64,000 nt of DNA, taken from IMG/VR virus record IMGVR_UViG_3300020472_001862, positions 64,001-128,000 of that record. The stretch is one strand, 5' to 3'. The position numbers and the translations under genes were made by a program. Position 1 is the first letter of the stretch; the number at the start of each line of letters is the position of its first letter. Shown one piece after another: positions 27,873-36,958 of this stretch. Origin of the DNA: a virus. Under the pieces are notes generated by a model. That model was given only the letters and a program-made list of their open reading frames with translations, ran no database searches and had not been told where the DNA came from.

Positions 27873-27910
27873 GAAAAATATTTGGCCGGTATTTTGGAGC
27901 AAAAAAAGTT
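27873..27910 (+). repeat. dispersed leader motif copy 1 (TGGCCG..ATTTTGGAGCAAAAAAAGTT)
   Basis: Near-identical to 54703..54736. Confidence 0.75.
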
Positions 27911-29375
27911 GATCAAAGTTTCTAAGAAAGACGAAGTACATATAAGTGTAGATACAGATCCAAGTACTGCACAAGAGATATGTGACTTCTTCACTTTTGA
28001 GATACCGGGTGCCAAGTTTATGCCTCTATATAAAAAGAGAGTATGGGATGGCAAAGCAAGATTGTTTAATATATACAACCGAGAATTATACATAGGTCTT
28101 TTGCCTTACTTGAAAGAGTTTGCAGAAACCTTAGAGTATGATATAGAAGTAAACATGCCTGATATAGGCGAATCAATAGACATAGATAGATTTACTAATG
28201 AACTGAGGTTACAAGCAAATGGAAAACAAATCGAAATTAGAGAGTATCAGAAAGAAGCAGTTACAAAGGCAATTAATGTGGGGAGAACTCTCCTCTTATC
28301 TCCAACTGCTTCTGGGAAGTCTCTTATTATTTACAGTCTGCTTCGCTATCATCAATTAAAAAATAGGAAGCAACTTATAATTGTGCCTACTACATCTTTG
28401 GTAGAACAAATGTACGGAGACTTTCAGGACTATGCTACGGCAGACACTTGGCAAGTATCAGAAAATTGTCATAGGATATATGGTGGTAAAGAAAAAACAA
28501 ATGAATATCCTGTAACAATAAGTACATGGCAATCTATATACAAGTATCCTAAAAAATGGTTTGAACAATTTGATGTTGTATATGGAGATGAGGCACACTT
28601 GTTTAAGGCAAAGTCTTTAACAACTTTAATGAACAAACTTACAAACACACCTTTTAGAATAGGAACAACAGGCACATTAGATGGAACTAAGACACATAGG
28701 CTCGTACTAGAAGGTGTGTTTGGACAAGTACATAAGGTTACAACTACTAAAAAACTAATGGACGATAATCAACTTGCTACATTAAAAATTGTATGTTGTA
28801 TGATTAACTGGAAGGACGCACACAGAAAAGAAGTTAAGGGTATGACTTATCAAGAAGAGATAGATTGGATAGTAACACACCCTGATCGTAATGAAATTAT
28901 AAAAAATTTAACAATAGCACAGGAAGGTAATACACTTGTTCTATTTCAGTATGTAGAAAAACATGGAAAAGTTTTACATGAAATGATAAGTAAGTCTGTA
29001 AAAGAAAATAGAAAAGTATTTTTTGTATATGGAGGCACAGATACAGAGGTTAGAGAAGAAATAAGAGCTATTACAGAGAAACAAGACGATGCTATTATAA
29101 TTGCCTCATACGGTACATTCTCAACGGGTATAAATATAAGGAACCTTCATAATATTGTGTTCGCCTCACCTAGTAAGAGTAGAATTAGAAACTTACAAAG
29201 TATAGGTAGAGGCCTCCGTAAAGGAGAGAACAAAGTATCATGTAATCTTTTTGATATTGGTGATGATTTATCGTGGAAGTCTAAGAAGAATTACACAATG
29301 AACCACTTAATAGAAAGGATCAAGATTTATAACGAAGAAGGTTTCGATTATAAACTTGTTAAATTAGATGTCTGA
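27909..29375 (+). CDS. uvsW: UvsW helicase
   Basis: SPTASGKS, DEAH, TTGT, STGINI, QSIGRGLR; TTG start after GGAG. Confidence 0.96.
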   Translation: MIKVSKKDEVHISVDTDPSTAQEICDFFTFEIPGAKFMPLYKKRVWDGKARLFNIYNRELYIGLLPYLKEFAETLEYDIEVNMPDIGESIDIDRFTNELRLQANGKQIEIREYQKEAVTKAINVGRTLLLSPTASGKSLIIYSLLRYHQLKNRKQLIIVPTTSLVEQMYGDFQDYATADTWQVSENCHRIYGGKEKTNEYPVTISTWQSIYKYPKKWFEQFDVVYGDEAHLFKAKSLTTLMNKLTNTPFRIGTTGTLDGTKTHRLVLEGVFGQVHKVTTTKKLMDDNQLATLKIVCCMINWKDAHRKEVKGMTYQEEIDWIVTHPDRNEIIKNLTIAQEGNTLVLFQYVEKHGKVLHEMISKSVKENRKVFFVYGGTDTEVREEIRAITEKQDDAIIIASYGTFSTGINIRNLHNIVFASPSKSRIRNLQSIGRGLRKGENKVSCNLFDIGDDLSWKSKKNYTMNHLIERIKIYNEEGFDYKLVKLDV

Positions 29376-29757
29376 TATAAGCATATTAAAATTAATGGAC
29401 GGTACTACAATAGTAGGCAGATTAACACAAGACGGAGATCTTGTAGAAATAGAACACCCAATAGAATTGGTGTCTAATATACAACCTGTAGGAAATATAT
29501 TAGGCGAGCAAGTAAGTTTAAGACCTTATGTTGCAATAGCACAAGAACATATTTTTACAATAGAGAGATACAATGTTATTAATATATCTACTCTACAGGA
29601 AAATTTTGTTGAAGGCTATGAACGAATGGTAGAAAATATTTATTTCAGAGAACAACAATGGGAAGGTGACTTAATGTCAGAGGACCCAGACTCAGAATTA
29701 GATATGGAAACAATGTCTGATCTTGCAGATGCAATTATAAAGAAACAAATACATTAG
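29368..29757 (+). CDS. conserved T4-like hypothetical protein (Sm-like fold suspected)
   Basis: ILKLMDGTTIVG..HP; usual position between uvsW and g55. Confidence 0.65.
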   Translation: MSDISILKLMDGTTIVGRLTQDGDLVEIEHPIELVSNIQPVGNILGEQVSLRPYVAIAQEHIFTIERYNVINISTLQENFVEGYERMVENIYFREQQWEGDLMSEDPDSELDMETMSDLADAIIKKQIH

Positions 29758-29766
29758 GAGTATATT

Positions 29767-30393
29767 ATGGCAAAAAGACGTGACCCTAACTCGGCACACT
29801 ATATAGACAACAAGGAGTTCCTTGTAAAGATTAGTGCTTACCGAGAGGAAAGAATAGAAGCAGAAGAGAGTGGAGATGAAAGACCACAAGTAACAAATTA
29901 TATAGGCGAGTGCTTTGTTAAAATAGCAAACCACTTGGCTTATAAATCTAATTTTGTAAACTATACATTTAGAGATGAAATGATTTTGGATGGTATTGAA
30001 AACTGTCTTACATATATGGACAACTTTGATCCAGCAAAATCTAAAAATCCATTTGCATATTTTACACAAATCACATACTACGCTTTTATTAGGCGAATCC
30101 AAAAAGAAAAAAGACAAATGGAAACTAAGTTCAAGTATATTAAAAGCTTGGACATAGATCAAATCTTAGAACAGAGTGCAGACGGAAGTGAACACTCTAA
30201 TGATTACCTAAGTTATATGAGAGGTATGATTGAGCAAGCAGAGGCAGATAATTTAGCAGCAGATAAAGCCAATGCAGGTAAGAAGATGCCTAAGCGTAGA
30301 CCTAAATACTTAGATGAAAGAATTAAAGCCGAGGAGGCAGCTGCTAAGGAGAAGGAAGAAAACGGTCAACCAAACGACGAAATTATATCTTGA
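29767..30393 (+). CDS. g55: late transcription sigma factor gp55
   Basis: HYIDNKEF, NFVNYTFRDEMI, NPFAYFTQI..AFIRRIQKEK. Confidence 0.96.
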   Translation: MAKRRDPNSAHYIDNKEFLVKISAYREERIEAEESGDERPQVTNYIGECFVKIANHLAYKSNFVNYTFRDEMILDGIENCLTYMDNFDPAKSKNPFAYFTQITYYAFIRRIQKEKRQMETKFKYIKSLDIDQILEQSADGSEHSNDYLSYMRGMIEQAEADNLAADKANAGKKMPKRRPKYLDERIKAEEAAAKEKEENGQPNDEIIS

Positions 30394-30418
30394 TTGTTGG
30401 TTAGGTCGTATATATAAT
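30390..30418 (+). promoter_or_regulatory. sigma70-type promoter TTGATT-N17-TATAAT (deazaguanine cluster)
   Basis: Directly upstream of queE; lacks the AGAG box of the other promoters. Confidence 0.6.
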
Positions 30419-30426
30419 ATCATACT

Positions 30427-31305
30427 ATGAAACTGAGATACAGCGAAGCATTCTATAGCATACAAGGTGAAGGTAGATTCGTAGGAGTACCTAGTGTATT
30501 CTTAAGAGTTTTCGGTTGTAACTTTGAATGCGCTGGTTTTGGACAAGAGCGTGGCAAGTATATTGCTACAGACCAAATGCCTTATATGACAGATCCTAAA
30601 GGCGATAAAAATCACCCAGAAGCTTATAAAGATATTTCAGAACTTCCTGTTACACCTGTAGGTTGTGATAGTTCTGCTTCTTGGGCTATGAAATATAAAC
30701 ACTTACAAATGACTAAGACTGTAGATGAAGTGTTTGAACATATTGTAAGCCTTTTACCTAATGGAAGATTCGATGAACAAAATGATATACATTTGGTTAT
30801 TACAGGTGGTGAACCTTTACTCGGTTGGCAAAGAGTATGGCCTGAACTAATTAAAATGTGTATGGAAGTAGGATTGACTAATGTAACATTTGAAACTAAT
30901 GGAACACAATTAGTTAAACCTGAACTAACAGATTTCTTTAACGAAAATCGTGAGGGTGTACATGTAACTTGGAGTACATCTCCTAAGTTAAGTCTTAGTG
31001 GTGAGAAGAATGAAGATGCTTTAATACCTGATGCCTTAGTTACTATGAATACGGTTGAGAACTCTCACTTATATAATAAATTTGTCGTTAGAGATATAAC
31101 AGACTTTAAAGAAGTTGATAAGTTTTATCTAACTTATCAGAAAAGTGGTGTACAGATAGATGCTGTTTATTGTATGCCAGAAGGAGCAACATTAGAACAA
31201 CAAACATTAACTGCTAAAGGCGTAGCAGAAGCTTGTATGAAAACAGGATACAAGTTTAGCCCTCGATTACATATCGATTTATTTGGCAACGCGTGGGGTA
31301 CTTAA
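30427..31305 (+). CDS. queE: 7-carboxy-7-deazaguanine synthase QueE (radical SAM)
   Basis: EAFYSIQGEG, VFLRVFGCNFEC..CDS, ITGGEPL, ETNGT, SPKL, PRLH. Confidence 0.92.
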   Translation: MKLRYSEAFYSIQGEGRFVGVPSVFLRVFGCNFECAGFGQERGKYIATDQMPYMTDPKGDKNHPEAYKDISELPVTPVGCDSSASWAMKYKHLQMTKTVDEVFEHIVSLLPNGRFDEQNDIHLVITGGEPLLGWQRVWPELIKMCMEVGLTNVTFETNGTQLVKPELTDFFNENREGVHVTWSTSPKLSLSGEKNEDALIPDALVTMNTVENSHLYNKFVVRDITDFKEVDKFYLTYQKSGVQIDAVYCMPEGATLEQQTLTAKGVAEACMKTGYKFSPRLHIDLFGNAWGT

Positions 31306-31515
31306 ATGAAATGGAAAGATATTAAAGAAACATTGTGGGGACAAAATCCTCAGAAAGATATTGATACATGGAAAGAGCCAGATCCAGATGATTTAAATAT
31401 AGACAATGCTTATAAGACTAGGTGGATTTGGTATCATACTATATTAGCAGTGGAGCTATTCCTAGTAGTTATTATTCAACTGTTAATACTATTTTTATTG
31501 GCGGTAAAACTATGA
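31306..31515 (+). CDS. small membrane protein (69 aa)
   Basis: C-terminal hydrophobic helix after AYKTRWIWYH. Confidence 0.65.
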   Translation: MKWKDIKETLWGQNPQKDIDTWKEPDPDDLNIDNAYKTRWIWYHTILAVELFLVVIIQLLILFLLAVKL

Positions 31516-31937
31516 CAGGTGACGCAACAAAACTTTATATATCATGGGAAGATGTTAATCAACTAGTCTTTAAATTATTTAAGGAGTTAGGAAAACAAGA
31601 TATAGATAAAGTGGTAGGTATATCACGAGGTGGATTAATACCTGGTGTTATGCTTTCACATTGGCTAGGATCAGGCTTTGAACCTCTTGAATGGCAAACC
31701 AGAGATGGTGAGTTTCAAGATAGGATTAAAGCCAACGGATTCAACAAAAATTTAAAAGGTACTATTTTTGTTGATGATATATGCGATAGTGCCTTAACAA
31801 TAAAACAGATCAAGGAAATTATTCCAAACAGCAGGTGGGCTGTATTACACCAAAAAGCAGACATAGAGCTTGACTTTGTAGGCGAAAGACTGCATAATAA
31901 CGACAAAAGATGGATAGTTTACCCTTGGGAAACATAA
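31512..31937 (+). CDS. type I phosphoribosyltransferase (Gpt/XGPRT-like)
   Basis: ISWED, GISRGGLIPG, PRPP loop IFVDDICDSALT, WIVYPWE. Confidence 0.88.
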   Translation: MTGDATKLYISWEDVNQLVFKLFKELGKQDIDKVVGISRGGLIPGVMLSHWLGSGFEPLEWQTRDGEFQDRIKANGFNKNLKGTIFVDDICDSALTIKQIKEIIPNSRWAVLHQKADIELDFVGERLHNNDKRWIVYPWET

Positions 31938-31955
31938 TCTCATACAGGAGAAAAA

Positions 31956-32639
31956 ATGAAAATAAGCGATAAAATAAAACAGAGATTGGAGTTGGACAGT
32001 AAAAGATTCTTTGCTGCTGATAATATTTCTAAATACATTCACCCAGGTGAGACTGCAGAATTAATTGAAGAACTAGAAGTAGCCTTTGAACAAGTTTTAC
32101 AAAGTCTTATTATTGATACAACAAACGACCCTAATAGTATGGGTACAGCACATCGTCTAGCTAAGATGTATATAAATGAAATCATGGGTGGTAGATACAA
32201 ACCTGATCCTAGGATTACAGCATTTCCTAACGATGGACAATACGATCAATTGATTGTAGTTAGAGCAGACATTAAAAGTATGTGCTCTCATCATCACCAG
32301 CCGGTTAGTGGTACATGTTATATAGGCTGTATGCCTGGTGAGGAAGTTATTGGACTTTCTAAATACACTAGAGTTGCACAGCATCTATCTAATCGTGGAC
32401 ACTTACAAGAAGAACTAACAGAAATGATAGGCGAAAGGATTGAAAAACTTACAAAGTCTAAAGCTGTTGGTGTTTATATTAAAGCAAGGCATGGTTGTTG
32501 TGAGAACAGAGGTATATTGGCAAGCAATAGCTCTACACAAACAACTGTCTTAAAAGGTGAACTAAAAACTAATCCTTCTCTTAAAGAAGAGTTTATGGAT
32601 AATATTAAGTTACAGGAAATGGGAAATGGATACCTCTAA
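31956..32639 (+). CDS. folE: GTP cyclohydrolase I FolE
   Basis: SMCSHHHQP, GLSKYTR, QEELT, HGCCENRG. Confidence 0.95.
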   Translation: MKISDKIKQRLELDSKRFFAADNISKYIHPGETAELIEELEVAFEQVLQSLIIDTTNDPNSMGTAHRLAKMYINEIMGGRYKPDPRITAFPNDGQYDQLIVVRADIKSMCSHHHQPVSGTCYIGCMPGEEVIGLSKYTRVAQHLSNRGHLQEELTEMIGERIEKLTKSKAVGVYIKARHGCCENRGILASNSSTQTTVLKGELKTNPSLKEEFMDNIKLQEMGNGYL

Positions 32640-33132
32640 ACAAGTAGTCGTTGACTTAGAAACATTAAGCATACATCCTAATGCGTGTATCGTATCTATT
32701 GGTGCAGTACTAATAGAAGATATGGAAATTACAGATACATTTTATATTAATGTTGACGGTAGAACATGTAAAGAGGCAGGCCTACATATAGATCCTGACA
32801 CAATTAAATGGTGGGGAGAACAAAGTAAAGAGGCACAAGAGGCTTGGCAAAAAAATCCTGTTCCTTTACAAGAAGCAATAGATAAGTTTACATTGTGGTA
32901 TGGCAAAGAGTCTATTCCTATTTGGGGGTACGGTGCTAACTTTGATGTAGTAATATTAGAGAGTGCTTACAGAGCCTTAGACATGAATATCCCTTGGAAG
33001 TTCTGGGACATATCATGTTTAAGAACATTAATGAATGTCTTAGATAAAAGATTACCTAAGGCAAACAATCACAATGCGTTAGATGATGCTACGGCAGAGG
33101 CAAAAGTATTAATTGAGATATTGAAATCATGA
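32626..33132 (+). CDS. DEDDh 3'-5' exonuclease (DexA/RNase T-like)
   Basis: VDLETL, SIGAV, GANFD, HNALDDA. Confidence 0.85.
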   Translation: MDTSKQVVVDLETLSIHPNACIVSIGAVLIEDMEITDTFYINVDGRTCKEAGLHIDPDTIKWWGEQSKEAQEAWQKNPVPLQEAIDKFTLWYGKESIPIWGYGANFDVVILESAYRALDMNIPWKFWDISCLRTLMNVLDKRLPKANNHNALDDATAEAKVLIEILKS

Positions 33133-34397
33133 GTAGAAAATTAGATTATGTAGTATCAGGTACTTCTTATATGAGATTTAGTAATCCTGGTATAGCAAAA
33201 GACGAAACAAATTCACAAATTATTAATATGCTAATAGACAAGCTGGTAACAGATGTCCATAGTCATAAATTTTCTATGCTTTACAATGGACATACCGAGT
33301 CTAGCTTTGGAGATAGATTCACAGCATATAAAGATCATGTACATGAAATACATGCAGACTCAGGTGGGTTACAAATTGTTACACAAGGCATGACTATCAC
33401 AGATGAATTGAAAGACAAAGTATATGAGAACCAGGCGGAGTGGGCAGATGTAGGAATGTGCTTTGATGAGATACCTGTTATACTTACAGGCGACAGATCA
33501 GATAGGAACGATACAAAAGCTAGGTTCTTTGACTTTGAAAACTATGAAGAACTAGCTCGTAAGACAGGTAGGAATGTTAAAAGACAACTAGAAATATTTG
33601 ATAAGGCAGATAGTAAATGTAAACCTTATATTATCTTACAAGGTAATTGTGTTGACACATATCTTAGATGGTATGAATGTTTAATGGAAGAAGTTCCTGC
33701 AGAATGGCATGATAGAATTGGTGGCGTAGCAATGGGAGCAGCAGCTCTAGGCACAGGTCCACTTGAAGATGTTAAACGAGCCTTTATTGCTAGTGAGATT
33801 GCTAAAGTATGGCCACAAGAAACTATGCACTTACATGTATTAGGAGTAGGCAGTATTAGGCGTATGATTCCATATCTAGTCTTTTGTCAGAATGGTTTGT
33901 ATGATAATGTAGAAATATCTTATGACTCTACAACTCATAGTAGGGCGGTTGAGACAGGTTTATACTACATGGGACAAGGCACAACTAAGTTTAGCAGAAA
34001 GATGTCTAATTTGTATCGAGAAATGTATGATAATGTGCAGGAAACGATCCAATTAGGCGTAGAATTAGACGAATTCCACACCATTATGAACACACCTAGC
34101 ATGAAAGCTAAAGAGAAATATGGCAATCTAAACAAGTGGATATATGTTAGAACAGCATTTATCCTTATGTCCATTAGAAACTTCATGGCACATCTAGAAC
34201 AGATGATGAATGACAAAGAAACCTTATTGAAGTTTACGGGTAAGATGAAACTTGACGGCCAGTTCAGGAACCTCTATAATGTAACTAATCGTGAGCAATT
34301 TGATGCTTGGGAAAATAACCAGTACTTAGGTGGCAGTATGAAGAGTATGGCTGTTGGTACAGAGGCACCTAGTAGTTTAGAGGATTTATTCACATGA
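33129..34397 (+). CDS. TGT-fold guanine transglycosylase (DpdA-like)
   Basis: ADSGGLQ, CFDEIP, ILQG, GGVAMG, HLHVLGVG, SYDSTTH; inside folE/queD/queE cluster. Confidence 0.8.
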   Translation: MSRKLDYVVSGTSYMRFSNPGIAKDETNSQIINMLIDKLVTDVHSHKFSMLYNGHTESSFGDRFTAYKDHVHEIHADSGGLQIVTQGMTITDELKDKVYENQAEWADVGMCFDEIPVILTGDRSDRNDTKARFFDFENYEELARKTGRNVKRQLEIFDKADSKCKPYIILQGNCVDTYLRWYECLMEEVPAEWHDRIGGVAMGAAALGTGPLEDVKRAFIASEIAKVWPQETMHLHVLGVGSIRRMIPYLVFCQNGLYDNVEISYDSTTHSRAVETGLYYMGQGTTKFSRKMSNLYREMYDNVQETIQLGVELDEFHTIMNTPSMKAKEKYGNLNKWIYVRTAFILMSIRNFMAHLEQMMNDKETLLKFTGKMKLDGQFRNLYNVTNREQFDAWENNQYLGGSMKSMAVGTEAPSSLEDLFT

Positions 34398-34537
34398 TAG
34401 ATAAAGTAAAAGAAAATATAGAATTTTGTAAATGTAATTGGAAAGCCTTGTTTATAGGTAGTTTCTGTATGCACTTTATATTCGACTGGATTATATTTGG
34501 ATTGGGTGTAACATTAGGTATGCACATAGGACACTAA
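34394..34537 (+). CDS. small membrane protein (47 aa, MIDKVKENIEFCKCNW...)
   Basis: Hand translation; ATGA overlap with upstream stop. Confidence 0.6.
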   Translation: MIDKVKENIEFCKCNWKALFIGSFCMHFIFDWIIFGLGVTLGMHIGH

Positions 34538-34538
34538 C

Positions 34539-35096
34539 ATGAATATATTTTTACTTAATGAGAATCCATTACTATGTGCAGAACAACATTGTGATAAGCA
34601 TGTTGTTAAAATGGTAATTGAATACGCACAGCTCATGTGTACAGCACATAGGTATTTAGACGGAGAACTATATGGCGAACTTACAGACAAAGGTAGAAAA
34701 ATTAAAAGATGGCGACACCCAAACACTTGTATGGAGGCTACTTTATACAAGGCAAGCCATGTCAACCATCCAGATGGTTTGTGGGTTAGAAATAGTTCTG
34801 CCAATTATGACTATCTATATGATCTATGGTTTAAACTATGTAAAGAATATACTCATAGGTATGGTAGGCTACACTTAACACAAGAAAAACTAGAACACTT
34901 GTTAAAGTTTGCTCCTAAGAATATTCCATTTGCTACTGAGGCAGATGTAAAAGGATTACCATTGGCAATGCCTGATGATGTAAAAGGTAAGAGTGTAGTC
35001 AACTCTTATCGTAGGTATTATAACAAATACAAAATTGACTTTGCTAATTATACAAACAGGGAGAAACCAGAATGGCTATTGCAAACAGGTACATAA
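34539..35096 (+). CDS. pyrimidine-dimer DNA glycosylase / endonuclease V family protein
   Basis: MNIF..HCDKHVVKMVIEYAQL, HVNHP..W, EYTHRYG..H, AMPD, YRRYY. Confidence 0.8.
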   Translation: MNIFLLNENPLLCAEQHCDKHVVKMVIEYAQLMCTAHRYLDGELYGELTDKGRKIKRWRHPNTCMEATLYKASHVNHPDGLWVRNSSANYDYLYDLWFKLCKEYTHRYGRLHLTQEKLEHLLKFAPKNIPFATEADVKGLPLAMPDDVKGKSVVNSYRRYYNKYKIDFANYTNREKPEWLLQTGT

Positions 35097-35458
35097 AAGT
35101 ATCATTCCAAAGAGAAGGTGTACATAAATTTCCAGGAGCTGATACAAATCCTGATTATGCTACAGGTGACTGGCGTGATGTTAGTTTCCTAGGTTATCCT
35201 CATAGACACATATTCCATTTTTATGTAACACTAGGTGTTTCTCATAACGATAGAGATGTAGAGTTCATACAATTTAAGCGTGAACTAGAAAGACAGTTTG
35301 AACAAGGAACATTACAACTAGATTACCAGTCTTGTGAGATGGTAGCAGAAAATCTTATAAATTATATAGAAGAGCAGTATCCTAATCGTGCAGTAAGAGT
35401 TGAAGTGTATGAAGATAATGAAAATGGAGGCATACTAGAGAATGATTTATTTAATTGA
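35072..35458 (+). CDS. QueD/PTPS-like T-fold paralog
   Basis: EGVH, HRHIFHF, DRDVEFI..K, SCE, VEVYEDNENG. Confidence 0.65.
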   Translation: MAIANRYIKVSFQREGVHKFPGADTNPDYATGDWRDVSFLGYPHRHIFHFYVTLGVSHNDRDVEFIQFKRELERQFEQGTLQLDYQSCEMVAENLINYIEEQYPNRAVRVEVYEDNENGGILENDLFN

Positions 35459-36503
35459 TTTAGAATATGTCGAGACACGATACACAGCACAATGGAAGAC
35501 AGAATTTCCTCAGCAAATAGCAGATCAAACAGAACAAGACATAACTGTTATTGAAGGTCCAGAAGAGATAGCAGCGTGTACAACACCAGGTGCCTTCTTA
35601 AACTTTGCAGGCACAAACATATACAAGTCAGAACAAGTAAAACTTCTTGCAGAATATTTTAACAACAATCAGATTAAGAACGGAGATCATTTTGTCTTTG
35701 CAGACGCTTGGCATCCAGGTATTATTAATCTTAAATACATGTTAGATTTATTTCAGATAGATGCAACAATACATGCACTATGGCATGCAGGTAGTTATGA
35801 CCCTCAGGATTTTTTAGGTAGATTAATTGGTAATAAAAAGTGGGTAAGGCATACAGAACTAGCATTGTTTGATGCTATAGATAAAAACTATTTTGCTAGT
35901 AACTTTCATATAGAATTATTTGTAGGTGTCTTCTTTGGTCCTGATGATGAAGAATATATTAATAGTAAAATTGTTAGAACAGGTTGGCCTATGGAATACT
36001 TAGGCAACTACATAAGGCCAGATAGATTGGAAAAAGAAAATATTATTCTATTCCCTCATAGAGATGCACCTGAAAAACAATTAAATATATTTAAAGACTT
36101 AGAAAAAGAATTGCCACAGTATAAATGGATTAATTGTAATGAATATAATCTAACAAAACCAGAATATAATCAGTTACTTGAACAATCCAAGATGGTTTTC
36201 TCAGCAAACCTACAAGAAACATTAGGTATTAGCTGTTATGAGATACTAAGAGCAGGAGGTATGCCTTTAGTTCCTAATAGATTATCATACAAAGAAATGT
36301 ATGAGGACATATTTAAATATCCTACACAATTTACACTAGACTGGAAAGGATATCAGGACAACAAAAGTATTCTATTAGGTAAAATAGAAACAATGATGGA
36401 AAATTTTAATTCACCTGAAATACAAGGTGCAATTAAGAGTAATAGAGACATGCTAGAGGAACAATATTTCTCGGCAACAAATTTATATCAGGAGTTAAGA
36501 TGA
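35442..36503 (+). CDS. GT-B fold glycosyltransferase
   Basis: DAWHPG, WHAGSYD, FPHRDAPEKQ, QETLGISCYE (E-x7-E), PNRLSY. Confidence 0.78.
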   Translation: MIYLIDLEYVETRYTAQWKTEFPQQIADQTEQDITVIEGPEEIAACTTPGAFLNFAGTNIYKSEQVKLLAEYFNNNQIKNGDHFVFADAWHPGIINLKYMLDLFQIDATIHALWHAGSYDPQDFLGRLIGNKKWVRHTELALFDAIDKNYFASNFHIELFVGVFFGPDDEEYINSKIVRTGWPMEYLGNYIRPDRLEKENIILFPHRDAPEKQLNIFKDLEKELPQYKWINCNEYNLTKPEYNQLLEQSKMVFSANLQETLGISCYEILRAGGMPLVPNRLSYKEMYEDIFKYPTQFTLDWKGYQDNKSILLGKIETMMENFNSPEIQGAIKSNRDMLEEQYFSATNLYQELR

Positions 36504-36955
36504 GAGATTACAAATACTATTCAACAAAAACTTATGGACATGAGGAAGGACTTTCATGTATGTTTAGACAGCCTTTAGCAACGCATAGTCATTGTAGCTT
36601 ACTACATGGTTACGCTTTGTCTTTTAGTTTTAAGTTTGGTTGTAACCACCTTGATGATAAAAATTGGGTAGTTGATTTTGGAGACTTAAAAGATCTTAAG
36701 GCATGGTTAAAAGATTCTTTTGATCATAAACATGCAGTAGCAAAAGACGATGAACACTTAAATTACTTCTTAGAGATAGAACAAAAAGGATTATCAGAAG
36801 TGAGAGTAATGAATGGTGTAGGTTGTGAGAAGTTTGCAGAACAAGCATTCCATTTCGCAGATGATTTAGTTAAGAAGAAAACAGAAGGCAGGTGTTACGC
36901 TGTCTCATGTGAAGTTCGGGAACACGGGGCTAACAGCGCTATATACGAGGGCTAA
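36500..36955 (+). CDS. queD: 6-carboxy-5,6,7,8-tetrahydropterin synthase QueD
   Basis: HCSLLHGY, WVVDFG, FDHK, GCEKFA, VREHGANSA. Confidence 0.9.
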   Translation: MRDYKYYSTKTYGHEEGLSCMFRQPLATHSHCSLLHGYALSFSFKFGCNHLDDKNWVVDFGDLKDLKAWLKDSFDHKHAVAKDDEHLNYFLEIEQKGLSEVRVMNGVGCEKFAEQAFHFADDLVKKKTEGRCYAVSCEVREHGANSAIYEG

Positions 36956-36958
36956 CTT

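Noticed and set aside
29129-29136. TATAAATA inside uvsW
   Set aside because: Encodes the conserved STGINI helicase motif; coincidence cannot be excluded.
33129-34397. Canonical tRNA-guanine transglycosylase for queuosine
   Set aside because: Lacks the CxCxxC zinc motif of bacterial Tgt, no queA/queF/queG or tRNA genes seen; DNA-directed role is more parsimonious though unproven.
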